From an uncultured Candidatus Rokubacteria bacterium (GTDB taxonomy: Bacteria; Methylomirabilota; Methylomirabilia; Rokubacteriales; CSP1-6), in assembly GCA_963771355.1 (NCBI GenBank), contig CAVYTA010000005.1, positions 672,001 through 736,000 on the forward strand: a stretch of 64,000 nucleotides of DNA, written 5' to 3'. The number at the start of each line of letters is the position of its first letter. Positions within the stretch are counted from its first letter, which is position 1. This document shows positions 1 through 8,674 of the stretch, in pieces. The notes beneath the pieces are model-generated. The model saw only the letters and a list, made by a program, of their open reading frames with translations, was not told the origin of the DNA and did not search any database. The position numbers and the translations under genes are program-made.

Positions 1-1
1 C

Positions 2-844
2 ACCGGGCTGGTGCTGGGGATGATCTTCGTGCTGCTCGCCATCGGTCTGTCGCTCATCTTCGGGCTGATGACGGTGGTGAACTTCTCCCACGGCGCGCTG
101 TACATGCTCGGCGCCTACTTCACCGTGTTCGTGCTCACCTACACCAAGAGCTTCTGGCTGGCCCTGGTGGTGGCGCCGATCATCGTCGGGACGCTCGGGC
201 TCCTCGTGGAGCGCTTCCTCATCCGGAGGCTCTACGGCCGGAGCCCGGACGACCCGCTGCTGCTCACGTTCGGACTCTCGCTCGTGCTCATCGAGACCGC
301 CAAGCTCATCTGGGGGAAGGTCGGGCTCACCCTCGATCCCCCCCGGGAGCTGAGCGGCGCGGTGAACCTGGGCTTCATGGCCTTTCCCGCCTATCGCCTC
401 TTCGTCATCGGCGTGACGGTGGCCGTGCTCATCGGCCTCTGGGCCTTCGTCACTCGCACCAATGTCGGCCTCATCATCCGGGCCGGCTCGCGCGACCCCC
501 TCATGGTCCGCGCGCTCGGCATCAACCTCAACCGCATCTGGCTGCTCGTCTTCGGGATCGGCTGCGGGCTGGCCGGCCTGGCGGGCGCGCTGGCCGGGCC
601 CATGCGCGGCGCCTATGCCGAGATGGGCGTGACCATGGTCATCGAGTCCTTCGTGGTGGTGGTGGTGGGCGGCATGGGCAGTCTCCTCGGCGCGGTGGTG
701 GCGGGCATCATGATCGGGCAGGTGGTGGGCATCACCACCTTCTTCGCGCCCAAGCTCGCCGAGATCATGGTCTTCGTGGTGATGGCGGTGGTCCTCCTCA
801 TCCGGCCCAGCGGGATCTTCGGCGAGGCCGGGCTGGCGGAGTGA
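2..844 (+). CDS. Branched-chain amino acid (HAAT) ABC transporter permease, LivH-type; 5' end lies upstream of the window
   Basis: Frame is open from position 2 (TGLVLGMIF...). Motifs GLSLIFGLMTVVNFSHG and VVVVGGMGS; hydrophobic throughout. Confidence 0.92.
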   Translation, partial: TGLVLGMIFVLLAIGLSLIFGLMTVVNFSHGALYMLGAYFTVFVLTYTKSFWLALVVAPIIVGTLGLLVERFLIRRLYGRSPDDPLLLTFGLSLVLIETAKLIWGKVGLTLDPPRELSGAVNLGFMAFPAYRLFVIGVTVAVLIGLWAFVTRTNVGLIIRAGSRDPLMVRALGINLNRIWLLVFGIGCGLAGLAGALAGPMRGAYAEMGVTMVIESFVVVVVGGMGSLLGAVVAGIMIGQVVGITTFFAPKLAEIMVFVVMAVVLLIRPSGIFGEAGLAE

Positions 845-1863
845 GCATGCGCATCTTCGCGCCCCTCGTGGCCGCGGTGGGCCGCCATCCCGTCCTCGCC
901 TTCGCCGTCTTCTTCGCGGCCTTTCCATTCCTCGTGCCCTACAAGGCCCTCGCCGCGCAGGTGCTGATCTTCGGGCTCCTCGCCCTGGGCTTCAACCTGC
1001 TCTATGGCTACACCGGCCTCTTGTCGTTCGGCCACGCCGCCTACTACGGGCTGGGCGCGTACGGCACCGGCATTCTCCTCGCCAAGGTCAAGGTGGGGTC
1101 GTTGTGGCTGGGTCTGGCCGGCGGCCCGCTGCTGGCCATGCTGGGGGGCGCCGTCATCGGCTTCTTCTGTCTCCGCCGGCGGGGCATCTACTTCGCCATG
1201 CTCACGCTGGCCTTCTCGCAGCTCCTCTACTTCATCGCCTTCCACCTCGCGGACGTGACGGGGGGCGACGACGGGCTGCGGGGGATCCCGCTCCTGCCGC
1301 TCAACCTCTTCGGCTGGACCTTCAAGCTCGACGGCACCCTCGCCTTCTACTACTTCGCCTACGCGCTCGTCGTCCTCGCGGTGGCCGGGCTCAAGCGCAT
1401 CCTCGACTCCCCCTTCGGCACCGTGCTCCAGGCCATCCGCGAGAACAGCGACCGCGCCGCCGCCTGCGGCTACGACGTCAACCGCATCCGGCACCTGTCC
1501 TTCGTCTTCTCCGCGATGTTCGCCGGCCTCGCGGGCGGGCTCGACGCCCTCCGGCTCGCGGTGGTGCCGGTGGAGTCGCTGTACTGGACCACCTCGGGGC
1601 AGATCGTCATCATGACGCTCCTGGGCGGCGCCGGGACCTTCTTCGGTCCCTTCGTGGGCGCCGGCACCTATCTCGTCCTCGAGGACCGGCTGGCCGTCTA
1701 CACCGAGTCGTGGCCGCTGGTCATCGGCCTCATCTTCATGGCGTTCGTTCTCTTCCTGCCCAAGGGAGTCTGGGGCACGCTGGTCGGACGCCTGCCCGTC
1801 ACACCCCGCGCGCCGGTGGCCTCTGCGCCCGCCGCCGCCCCATCCCCCGCACGGAGGATCTGA
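841..1863 (+). CDS. HAAT ABC transporter permease, LivM-type
   Basis: GFNLLYGYTGLLSFGHAAYYG, GIYFAMLTLA, TGGDDG, LLGGAGTFFGP. GTGA overlap with the upstream gene. Confidence 0.92.
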   Translation: MSMRIFAPLVAAVGRHPVLAFAVFFAAFPFLVPYKALAAQVLIFGLLALGFNLLYGYTGLLSFGHAAYYGLGAYGTGILLAKVKVGSLWLGLAGGPLLAMLGGAVIGFFCLRRRGIYFAMLTLAFSQLLYFIAFHLADVTGGDDGLRGIPLLPLNLFGWTFKLDGTLAFYYFAYALVVLAVAGLKRILDSPFGTVLQAIRENSDRAAACGYDVNRIRHLSFVFSAMFAGLAGGLDALRLAVVPVESLYWTTSGQIVIMTLLGGAGTFFGPFVGAGTYLVLEDRLAVYTESWPLVIGLIFMAFVLFLPKGVWGTLVGRLPVTPRAPVASAPAAAPSPARRI

Positions 1864-1864
1864 C

Positions 1865-2326
1865 ATGGCCGTCACAGTGCTCGAGCTCCACCACCACGGC
1901 ATTCGCGTGAATCCCGACGAGACCGAGAAGTGCCTCGGTTTCTATCGTGACGTTCTCGGCTTGACGCCCGACCGCGGCCGGCCGAACATCCCCGGCATTC
2001 CCGGCTACTGGATGGACTGCGGGAACGATACGCAGATCCACATCATGGGCTGTGAGGGCCAGTCGCGGTACGCCAAGGGTCCCGACAAGGATCCCACCCA
2101 CTTCCACGTGGCCCTCGCGGTGGCGAACGTGCAGGAGACGAAGCAAGAGCTGGAGCGCATGGGAGTGCCCTTCTGGACCATCCAGTCCGTGGTGGGACCC
2201 CAGCTCGAGCAGATCTTCATGGACGACCCGCACGGCAACCTCGTCGAGCTACACCAGATCGACACCTGCCGCTGCCGCAAGTCCGCCCGCCCCGACGTGG
2301 TGACGCCGCCGGCATCGATGGCGTAG
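1865..2326 (+). CDS. VOC/glyoxalase-bleomycin resistance family protein
   Basis: LHHHGIRV...FYRDVLGL...HFHVALAV...QIFMDDPHGNLVEL VOC pattern. Confidence 0.85.
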   Translation: MAVTVLELHHHGIRVNPDETEKCLGFYRDVLGLTPDRGRPNIPGIPGYWMDCGNDTQIHIMGCEGQSRYAKGPDKDPTHFHVALAVANVQETKQELERMGVPFWTIQSVVGPQLEQIFMDDPHGNLVELHQIDTCRCRKSARPDVVTPPASMA

Positions 2327-2344
2327 TCGATGGGGGCAGGAGGG

Positions 2345-3532
2345 ATGAGCCTCCCCGACGGCCCGCAGGCGCTCGTCGAGCGCGTCGACGAGCTCACGCG
2401 GGCCAAGATCGCTCCCCGCGCGGCGCACTACGACCGCGAGGGCAAGAACCCCGTGGAGAGCTGGCGCGATCTCTGGCGGGAGGGCATCCTCGCCGCGGCC
2501 ATTCCCACCGCCTACGGCGGGCTCGGGCTCGACATGAGCACCTACGTGGCCTGTCTCCGGGCGGTGGGGCGCGGCTGCGCCAATACCGCGATGACCCTGC
2601 ACATGCACTCGACGGTCATGCGCTTCATCGACGTGCTGGGCACGGAATCCCAGAAGCGGCGCTACTTCTCGGAGGTCGTGGACCACGGCCGCCTCTTCGG
2701 CTCCTGGGGGAGCGAGCCCGCGGTCAGCCTCTCCCGCACCTTCCAGATGGAGACCGTGCTCCGCCGCGACGGCGGAGAGTACGTGGTGGACGGAGTCAAG
2801 CACTTCTGCACCATGGCGCTGGGCGCCTCCTACTACATGGTCTGGTGCGCGCTCGACGGCGCCTCCGACATGTCCAAGGCCCTGCTCCAGGCTCTCGTGC
2901 CCGCGGGGACGCCCGGCCTCCACACCGACGGCAAGTGGGACACGCTCGGGATGCGCGCGACCTTCAGCCCGTCGGTGGAGTTCAAGGGCGCCCGCATTCC
3001 CGGCGATGCCGTGCTCGGGGAGCCGGGGTCCGCTCTCAAGGCCGGCGTGGTGGAGAGCTTCGCGCTGGGTTATGCCGCCATCTACGTCGCTCTGGCGGAG
3101 GCGGCGCTGGCCTTCGCCATGGACTACCTGAAGAAGCGCGTGGTGAAGCCGGAGAACATCGCGGTGGCCCACGACCCCGCCATCCAGCGTCACATCGGCG
3201 AACTGGAGGCGCGCCTCTACGCCGTTCTCCTCGTCCTGGAGGATGCCGCGGCGCGCTGGGATGCGGCGGACACTCCGACGCGCGGCCTCCTCGCCAACCG
3301 CGCCAAGTTCCTCGCCACCGAGGTGGGGCTGGCCGTCACCGCGCACGCCATCCAGACCGTCGGCGGCCGCGCCGCCTACAAGGACTATCCGGTGGAGCGG
3401 GCCTTCCGCGACGTCCGTACCGCCACGCTCATGCCGCCCACCATGGACCGCATGATGGAGGCCATCGGCAAGGCGGCGCTGGGACTCGAGTCCGCCATGT
3501 TCCGCTTCAGCGACGGGCCCCAGGGAGCCTGA
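2345..3532 (+). CDS. Acyl-CoA dehydrogenase-superfamily flavoprotein (possibly monooxygenase-type)
   Basis: IPTAYGGLG, GVKHFCT, WDTLGMRAT, VERAFRDVR. GGAGG RBS before ATG 2345. Confidence 0.85.
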   Translation: MSLPDGPQALVERVDELTRAKIAPRAAHYDREGKNPVESWRDLWREGILAAAIPTAYGGLGLDMSTYVACLRAVGRGCANTAMTLHMHSTVMRFIDVLGTESQKRRYFSEVVDHGRLFGSWGSEPAVSLSRTFQMETVLRRDGGEYVVDGVKHFCTMALGASYYMVWCALDGASDMSKALLQALVPAGTPGLHTDGKWDTLGMRATFSPSVEFKGARIPGDAVLGEPGSALKAGVVESFALGYAAIYVALAEAALAFAMDYLKKRVVKPENIAVAHDPAIQRHIGELEARLYAVLLVLEDAAARWDAADTPTRGLLANRAKFLATEVGLAVTAHAIQTVGGRAAYKDYPVERAFRDVRTATLMPPTMDRMMEAIGKAALGLESAMFRFSDGPQGA

Positions 3533-3536
3533 GCGC

Positions 3537-4496
3537 GTGGGCGCGGTCGGATTCGTGGGGCTCGGCGCCATGGGCACGCCCATGGTCAGGCGCCTGCTGG
3601 CCGGCGGGCACGACGTCACGGGCTACAACCGGACGCGGGCCAAGGCCGACGCGCTCGTCTCCGCGGGCCTCCGCGTGGCCGGCTCGCCACGCGAGGCCGC
3701 CGCTGCCGGCGAGGTCGTGCTCAGCATGGTCACCAACTCCGACGCCCTCCTGCAGATCGCGCACGGGCCCGACGGCATCCTGGCCGGACTCAGGCGGGGC
3801 GCGGTCTGGGCCGACATGAGCACGGTGAGCCCCGCGGTGACGCGCGCGCTGGGCGCCGAGGTGGCGGCGGCCGGAGGCGCCTTCCTCGACGCGCCCGTGT
3901 CCGGGAGCGCGGTGACCGTGGAGCAGGGCAAGCTCGCGTTCTTCGTGGGTGGAGACGCGGCCGCGCTCGAGCGCGTGCGGCCCTTTCTCCTCTCCATCGG
4001 TGCGTCGATCACCCCCATGGGCCCGCTGGGACTGGCCGTCACCATGAAGGTGGCCATCAATCTCGGCATCGGTGTTCAGCTCGCCGCCTTCTCGGAGTCG
4101 GTGCTCCTCGCGGAGAAGGCCGGCATCCCGCGAGCGCGGGCGGTGGAGGCGCTCCTCAAGAGCGTGCTCGCGTCCCCCATGCTCCAGTATCGCGGGGACT
4201 TCGTGCTGACCTCGCCCGCCGAGCCCCTCTTCGACTGCGCGATGATGCAGAAGGACCTGGGGCTCGCGCTGGAGATGGGCCGCACGGTGGGCGTGCCGCT
4301 GCCCACCACCGCGCTCGCTCACGAGCTGCTGGGCGCCGCGCGCGCCATGGGGCTGGGGCACCGCGACTGCGCGGCCATCTTCGACGTGCTGGCCTGCATG
4401 AGCGGCTTGCCCATCAGCGCGGGCGGGCCTCCGGGCGGGCCCTCGATCGGGCCCCCAGGGGGATCACCGACGGGACGCGCGGGGCCTCCGGCCTAG
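3537..4496 (+). CDS. NAD(P)-dependent beta-hydroxyacid dehydrogenase (3-hydroxyisobutyrate/tartronate semialdehyde reductase family)
   Basis: VGFVGLGAMG, YNRT, DMSTVSP, FLDAPVSG, catalytic KxxxN, MQKDL. Confidence 0.88.
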   Translation: MGAVGFVGLGAMGTPMVRRLLAGGHDVTGYNRTRAKADALVSAGLRVAGSPREAAAAGEVVLSMVTNSDALLQIAHGPDGILAGLRRGAVWADMSTVSPAVTRALGAEVAAAGGAFLDAPVSGSAVTVEQGKLAFFVGGDAAALERVRPFLLSIGASITPMGPLGLAVTMKVAINLGIGVQLAAFSESVLLAEKAGIPRARAVEALLKSVLASPMLQYRGDFVLTSPAEPLFDCAMMQKDLGLALEMGRTVGVPLPTTALAHELLGAARAMGLGHRDCAAIFDVLACMSGLPISAGGPPGGPSIGPPGGSPTGRAGPPA

Positions 4497-4504
4497 CGCC
4501 CCCG

Positions 4505-5305
4505 GTGTCCGTCGGCGCGTCCGGCCTCCTCTTCCTCAAGCTGCTGGTCACGCCCGCCCTGATCGGCGCGGCGAGCCTCGCCGGCCGGCGCTGGGGGCAG
4601 GGAGTGGGCGGGGTGATCGTGGCCCTGCCGCTCACCTCCGGGCCCATCGCCTTCTTCCTCGTGCTGGAGCACGGCGCGGCCTTCGCCGCCGGCGCTGCGC
4701 TGGGCTCGCTGGCGGGCGCGCTGGCTCAGGGCGCCTTTTGCCTGGGCTATGCCGTGCTCGCCTTCCGTTATGGCTGGCCCGTCGCCTTCGCGGGCGGGGC
4801 GCTCGCCTTCGCCGCGGCGGGCGCCGCGCTGCAGGTGCTGGCCCTGCCGCTCGCGCCGCTCACCGCGGTGGTGATGGGCGGCCTGGGCCTGGCCGTGCTT
4901 GTCATGCCGCGCGGCGCGGAGGCACGCCGGCCGACCCCGCCGCCCCGCTGGGACATACCCGCCCGGATGGTCGTCGCGACCGCTCTCGTTCTCGCGCTGA
5001 CGGCGGCCGCCGCCACGCTCGGCTCTCGGCTGAGCGGGCTTCTCGCGACATTTCCCGTCTACGCCGGCATCCTCGCCGTCTTCGCCCATGGGCAGGCGGG
5101 GCCAGGGCCGGCGACGCGCGCGTTGCGCGGACTGCTCGCCGGACTCTTCGGCTTCGGCGCCTTCTTCGTCGTCCTCGCCGCGCTCATCGAGCGCGGGGAA
5201 TTGGTCCACGCCTTCGGCGCGGCGCTGGCGGTGACCCTCGTCCTGCAGGGGGCCGCGCTCTGGATGGTACGCCCCCCTGCGCCTGGCGCAGCGCCGACTC
5301 GATGA
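4505..5305 (+). CDS. Hypothetical integral membrane protein with two internally repeated halves
   Basis: About 8 hydrophobic segments. Repeated pattern RRWGQGVGGVIVALPLTSG / LGSRLSGLLATFPVYAG. Confidence 0.7.
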   Translation: MSVGASGLLFLKLLVTPALIGAASLAGRRWGQGVGGVIVALPLTSGPIAFFLVLEHGAAFAAGAALGSLAGALAQGAFCLGYAVLAFRYGWPVAFAGGALAFAAAGAALQVLALPLAPLTAVVMGGLGLAVLVMPRGAEARRPTPPPRWDIPARMVVATALVLALTAAAATLGSRLSGLLATFPVYAGILAVFAHGQAGPGPATRALRGLLAGLFGFGAFFVVLAALIERGELVHAFGAALAVTLVLQGAALWMVRPPAPGAAPTR

Positions 5306-5927
5306 GGGCGTCGACCATCCAGCGGGCCACCGTTTCCACCTCGCGATAGCTCGAGCCCCAGATGTCACGCAGCACCACGTACGACTCGATGCCGTAGATC
5401 AGCGACAGGGCCTTGATGAGCCGCCCGTAGGTCCGTTCGCCCAAGGTGGCGCGCAGGGGCGCGGCCGCCCGGTGCAGCATGTAGCGACGGTGACCTCGCC
5501 GGTAGGGCTCCTCCTCGAGCAGCCCCATGCGTTGCAGGGACTCGTGCTCCAGCGAGAGCTGGAGCGCCGCCCGCATGTGGGGCTCGAACTGCTTGAAGAG
5601 GGGGAAGGTCTTGTCGAACAGCTCGCGAACCCGCTGGAGGCCGTCGCGGGGGCCGGGCTCGAAGCGGCGCACGGGGGCGAGCGCCTGGCCCACCACGGCG
5701 GTGACGAGCGCGCTCCGGCTCGGGAAGTACCGGTAGGCGGTCGCGCGCGAGACGCGGGCCTTGGCCGCGACTTCCGGTACCGAGGGAATGCGGCCGCGCT
5801 GGACGAGGGTCATCGCCTGCGCGAGCAGGAGCCGGTAGGTCCGGGCGCGTGGACCGCGCTCGGCCCCGGGCGGCTGCACCCAGCCGAGGCCGGGCGGAGC
5901 AACAAGCGACTTGACAAAGGGCCCCAC
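5184..5927 (-). CDS. TetR/AcrR family transcriptional regulator (start uncertain)
   Basis: HTH SVPEVAAKARVSRATAYRYFPSRSAL; divergent from the amidohydrolase operon. Confidence 0.88.
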   Translation of the reverse strand: MGPFVKSLVAPPGLGWVQPPGAERGPRARTYRLLLAQAMTLVQRGRIPSVPEVAAKARVSRATAYRYFPSRSALVTAVVGQALAPVRRFEPGPRDGLQRVRELFDKTFPLFKQFEPHMRAALQLSLEHESLQRMGLLEEEPYRRGHRRYMLHRAAAPLRATLGERTYGRLIKALSLIYGIESYVVLRDIWGSSYREVETVARWMVDALIESALRQAQGGVPSRARPPAGRGSPPAPRRRRGPIPRAR

Positions 5928-5940
5928 CGGCCCCTAGTCT
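5911..5940 (+). promoter_or_regulatory. sigma70-type promoter of the amidohydrolase/Tm-1 operon
   Basis: TTGACA (5911-5916), 18 nt, TAGTCT (5935-5940). Confidence 0.65.
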
Positions 5941-5951
5941 CGCACAGCCGC

Positions 5952-5969
5952 ATGAGACACGTGTCTCAT
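5952..5969. promoter_or_regulatory. Putative TetR operator, perfect 18-bp palindrome
   Basis: ATGAGACAC|GTGTCTCAT just downstream of the predicted -10, between the divergent TetR gene and the operon. Confidence 0.8.
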
Positions 5970-6023
5970 TCTGCGCGGCACGACGCGGCGCGGCGCGCGC
6001 GGGTCACGCTCGAGGAGGAGCCC

Positions 6024-7310
6024 ATGGCCAACGTCCTCTTCACGAACGTCCGGATCCTGGATGCCGGCGGCGCCGTGCCTTACCCCGGCGAGGTGCTGGT
6101 GCAGGGCAATCGCATCACGCGGGTGGCACGGGGGGCGCGCGCGCTGCCCACCGGCGGGGTGACCACGGTGGACGGCGGCGGTGCCACCCTCATGCCCGGT
6201 CTGGTGGAGGCACATACCCACTTCTCCTGGAACGATCAGCCCGGGCTCAGCGAGATCCAGCGCATGCCCACCGAGGAGCACATCCTCTGGTGTGCCCACA
6301 TCGCCAAGCGCTACCTCGACATGGGCTGGACGTCCTGCATCGGCGCCGCCACCGCCAAGCCGCGGCTCGACGTGGTGATCCGGAACGCCATCGAGTCGGG
6401 CCAGATCCCCGGCCCGCGCTATCTCGCGGCCAGCCAGGAGATCACCGTGCCCGGCGGCCTCGGGGACGAGACCCTCCCGCACCTGCCCTATCCGGAGTTC
6501 AGCTTCGGCGCCATCGTCAACGGTCCCGAGGAGATGCGGAAGACGGTGCGGATGTTCCTCAAGTACGGCGTGGACACCGTGAAGCTGAACCTCTCCGGCG
6601 AGTACATCGCGGGCATCCCCGCGGAGTTCACGCCGATGACCGACGAGGAGATCGCGGTCGCGGTGAAGGAGGCCCACGTGCGGGGCAAGCGGGTGTCCGC
6701 CCACGCGCGGTCCGCGGAGTCGGTGAAACAGTGCGTGCGCCACGGCATCGAGATCATCTACCACGCGAGCTTCGCCGACGAGGAAGCGCTCGACATGCTG
6801 GAGGCGCGGAAGGACCGGCACTTCGTGGCCCCCGGCATCGCGTGGCTGATCAACACCTCGTTCCACGCCGCCGAGTGGGGCATCTCGCCGGAGTCGGCGA
6901 AGGCCATGGGCTATCACCGCGAGCTGGAGGTTGCCTGCGAGACGCTGAAGAAGATGCACAAGCGCGGCATCCGCGTGCTGCCCGGCGGCGACTACGGATT
7001 CGCCTGGATCAAGCACGGCACCAATGCCAAGGACCTCGAGTACTTCGTCTCCCACCTGGGCTTCACGCCCATGGAGGCGCTCCGCGCCGCGACCTTCTAC
7101 GGCGGGCAGATCATGCTGCGGGGCGGGGAGCTGGGCCAGGTCAAGGAGGGCTTCCTCGCCGACCTCCTCCTCGTGGACGGCGACCCCGTGGCCAACGTTG
7201 CTTTGCTCCAGGATCCCAAGCGCATCCTCGGCGTGATGAAGGACGGCGCCTTTCACAAGGACCCCCCGGGTCGCGCCGCGCGCAGTCGCTGGAGCCTCCC
7301 CGCCGCCTGA
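6024..7310 (+). CDS. Metal-dependent amidohydrolase (Xaa-Pro dipeptidase/prolidase-like subgroup), copy 1
   Basis: GAGGAGG RBS then ATG 6024. TLMPGLVEAHTH (HxH), VKLN, SAHAR, IYHAS, GGDYG, ADLLLVDGDP. Confidence 0.9.
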   Translation: MANVLFTNVRILDAGGAVPYPGEVLVQGNRITRVARGARALPTGGVTTVDGGGATLMPGLVEAHTHFSWNDQPGLSEIQRMPTEEHILWCAHIAKRYLDMGWTSCIGAATAKPRLDVVIRNAIESGQIPGPRYLAASQEITVPGGLGDETLPHLPYPEFSFGAIVNGPEEMRKTVRMFLKYGVDTVKLNLSGEYIAGIPAEFTPMTDEEIAVAVKEAHVRGKRVSAHARSAESVKQCVRHGIEIIYHASFADEEALDMLEARKDRHFVAPGIAWLINTSFHAAEWGISPESAKAMGYHRELEVACETLKKMHKRGIRVLPGGDYGFAWIKHGTNAKDLEYFVSHLGFTPMEALRAATFYGGQIMLRGGELGQVKEGFLADLLLVDGDPVANVALLQDPKRILGVMKDGAFHKDPPGRAARSRWSLPAA

Positions 7311-7375
7311 GGCGCGGCGCCGCGCATGCCGACCCAGTTCATCGCTATGCCCAGCGCATGTAAGAGGAGCGAGCC

Positions 7376-8665
7376 ATGACGAGCGTGCTCTTCACCAACG
7401 TACGGGTTCTCGACGGGACAGGCACGCCGCCCTATGCCGGCGAGGTGCTGGTACAGGGGAACCGGGTCGCGCGGGTGGCCCGGGGCACCCGGGCTCTCCC
7501 CGCCGCCGGCGTGACGGTGATCGACGGCGCCGGCGCCACCCTCATGCCCGGCATGGTCGAGGCCCACACCCACTTCTCCTGGAACGACGCGGCGGGGCTC
7601 TCCGACCTCCAGCGCCTGCCGCTGGAAGAGCACGTGCTCTGGTCGGCCACGGTGGCCAAGCGCTACCTCGAGGCCGGCTGGACCTCCTGCGTGGGCGCGG
7701 CCTGCGCCAAGCCGCGGCTGGACGTGGTGACCCGCAACGCCATCAACCAGGGGCTCATCCCCGGGCCGCGCTACCTCGCGGGCAGCCAGGAGATCACGGT
7801 GGCGGGCGGCCTCGGCGACGAGACGCTGCCCCATCTGCCGTTTCCCGAGTTCAGCTTCGGCGTGATCGTGAGCGGGGCCGAGGAGATGCGCAAGGTGGTG
7901 CGGATGTTCCTCAAGTACGGGGTGGACCACGTCAAGCTCAACCTCTCGGGCGACAACTTCACGCAGACCTCGCCCGCCGGCACCACCTGGATGAGCGACG
8001 AGGAGGTCGGCATCGCGGTGCGGGAGGCGAAGATGCGCGGCAAGCGCGTGGCCGCCCACGCGCGGTCGTGCGAGTCCGTCAAGCAGTGCGTGCGCCACGG
8101 CATCGAGATCATCTACCACGCGAGCTTCACCGACGAGGAAGCCCTCGACATGCTGGAGGCCAACCGCGACCGCCACTTCGTGGCGCCCGGTATCGGCATC
8201 CTCGTGGCCATGCTCGACCACGCCGCGCCCTGGGGCATCACCCGCCAGAAGGCGGTGGAGATGGGCTACGAGGTGGAGCTGGCCGCCGCCGTCGACTCCC
8301 TCCGGAAGATGCACAAGCGCGGCATCCGCGTGCTGCCGGGTGGCGACTACGGCTTCGCCTTCACCCCGCACGGCGAGAACGCCCGCGACCTCGAGTACTT
8401 CGTGAAGTACCTCGGGATGACGCCGATGGAGGCGATCCTGTCGGCCACGCGCCACGGCGGCGAGATCATGATGAAGGGCGGCGAGCTCGGCCAGCTCAAG
8501 GACGGCTATCTCGCCGACCTGATCCTGGTCGACGGGGATCCCCTCGCCAATCTGAGCCTCCTGCGCGACCCGTCCAAGCTCCTCGCGGTGATGAAGGACG
8601 GCGTGTTCTACAAGGAGCCCGAGATCCGCTCCGCCCAGTCCCGCTGGGGCCGCTCGGTGGCCTGA
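7376..8665 (+). CDS. Metal-dependent amidohydrolase, copy 2 (tandem paralog)
   Basis: Same motifs as 6024-7310, with long identical stretches (e.g. ESVKQCVRHGIEIIYHASF). Confidence 0.9.
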   Translation: MTSVLFTNVRVLDGTGTPPYAGEVLVQGNRVARVARGTRALPAAGVTVIDGAGATLMPGMVEAHTHFSWNDAAGLSDLQRLPLEEHVLWSATVAKRYLEAGWTSCVGAACAKPRLDVVTRNAINQGLIPGPRYLAGSQEITVAGGLGDETLPHLPFPEFSFGVIVSGAEEMRKVVRMFLKYGVDHVKLNLSGDNFTQTSPAGTTWMSDEEVGIAVREAKMRGKRVAAHARSCESVKQCVRHGIEIIYHASFTDEEALDMLEANRDRHFVAPGIGILVAMLDHAAPWGITRQKAVEMGYEVELAAAVDSLRKMHKRGIRVLPGGDYGFAFTPHGENARDLEYFVKYLGMTPMEAILSATRHGGEIMMKGGELGQLKDGYLADLILVDGDPLANLSLLRDPSKLLAVMKDGVFYKEPEIRSAQSRWGRSVA

Positions 8666-8674
8666 GGCCGACCG

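Noticed and set aside
4420..4496. GPPGG-type repeats at the dehydrogenase C-terminus
   Set aside because: A short degenerate low-complexity tail; no collagen periodicity or evidence of function.
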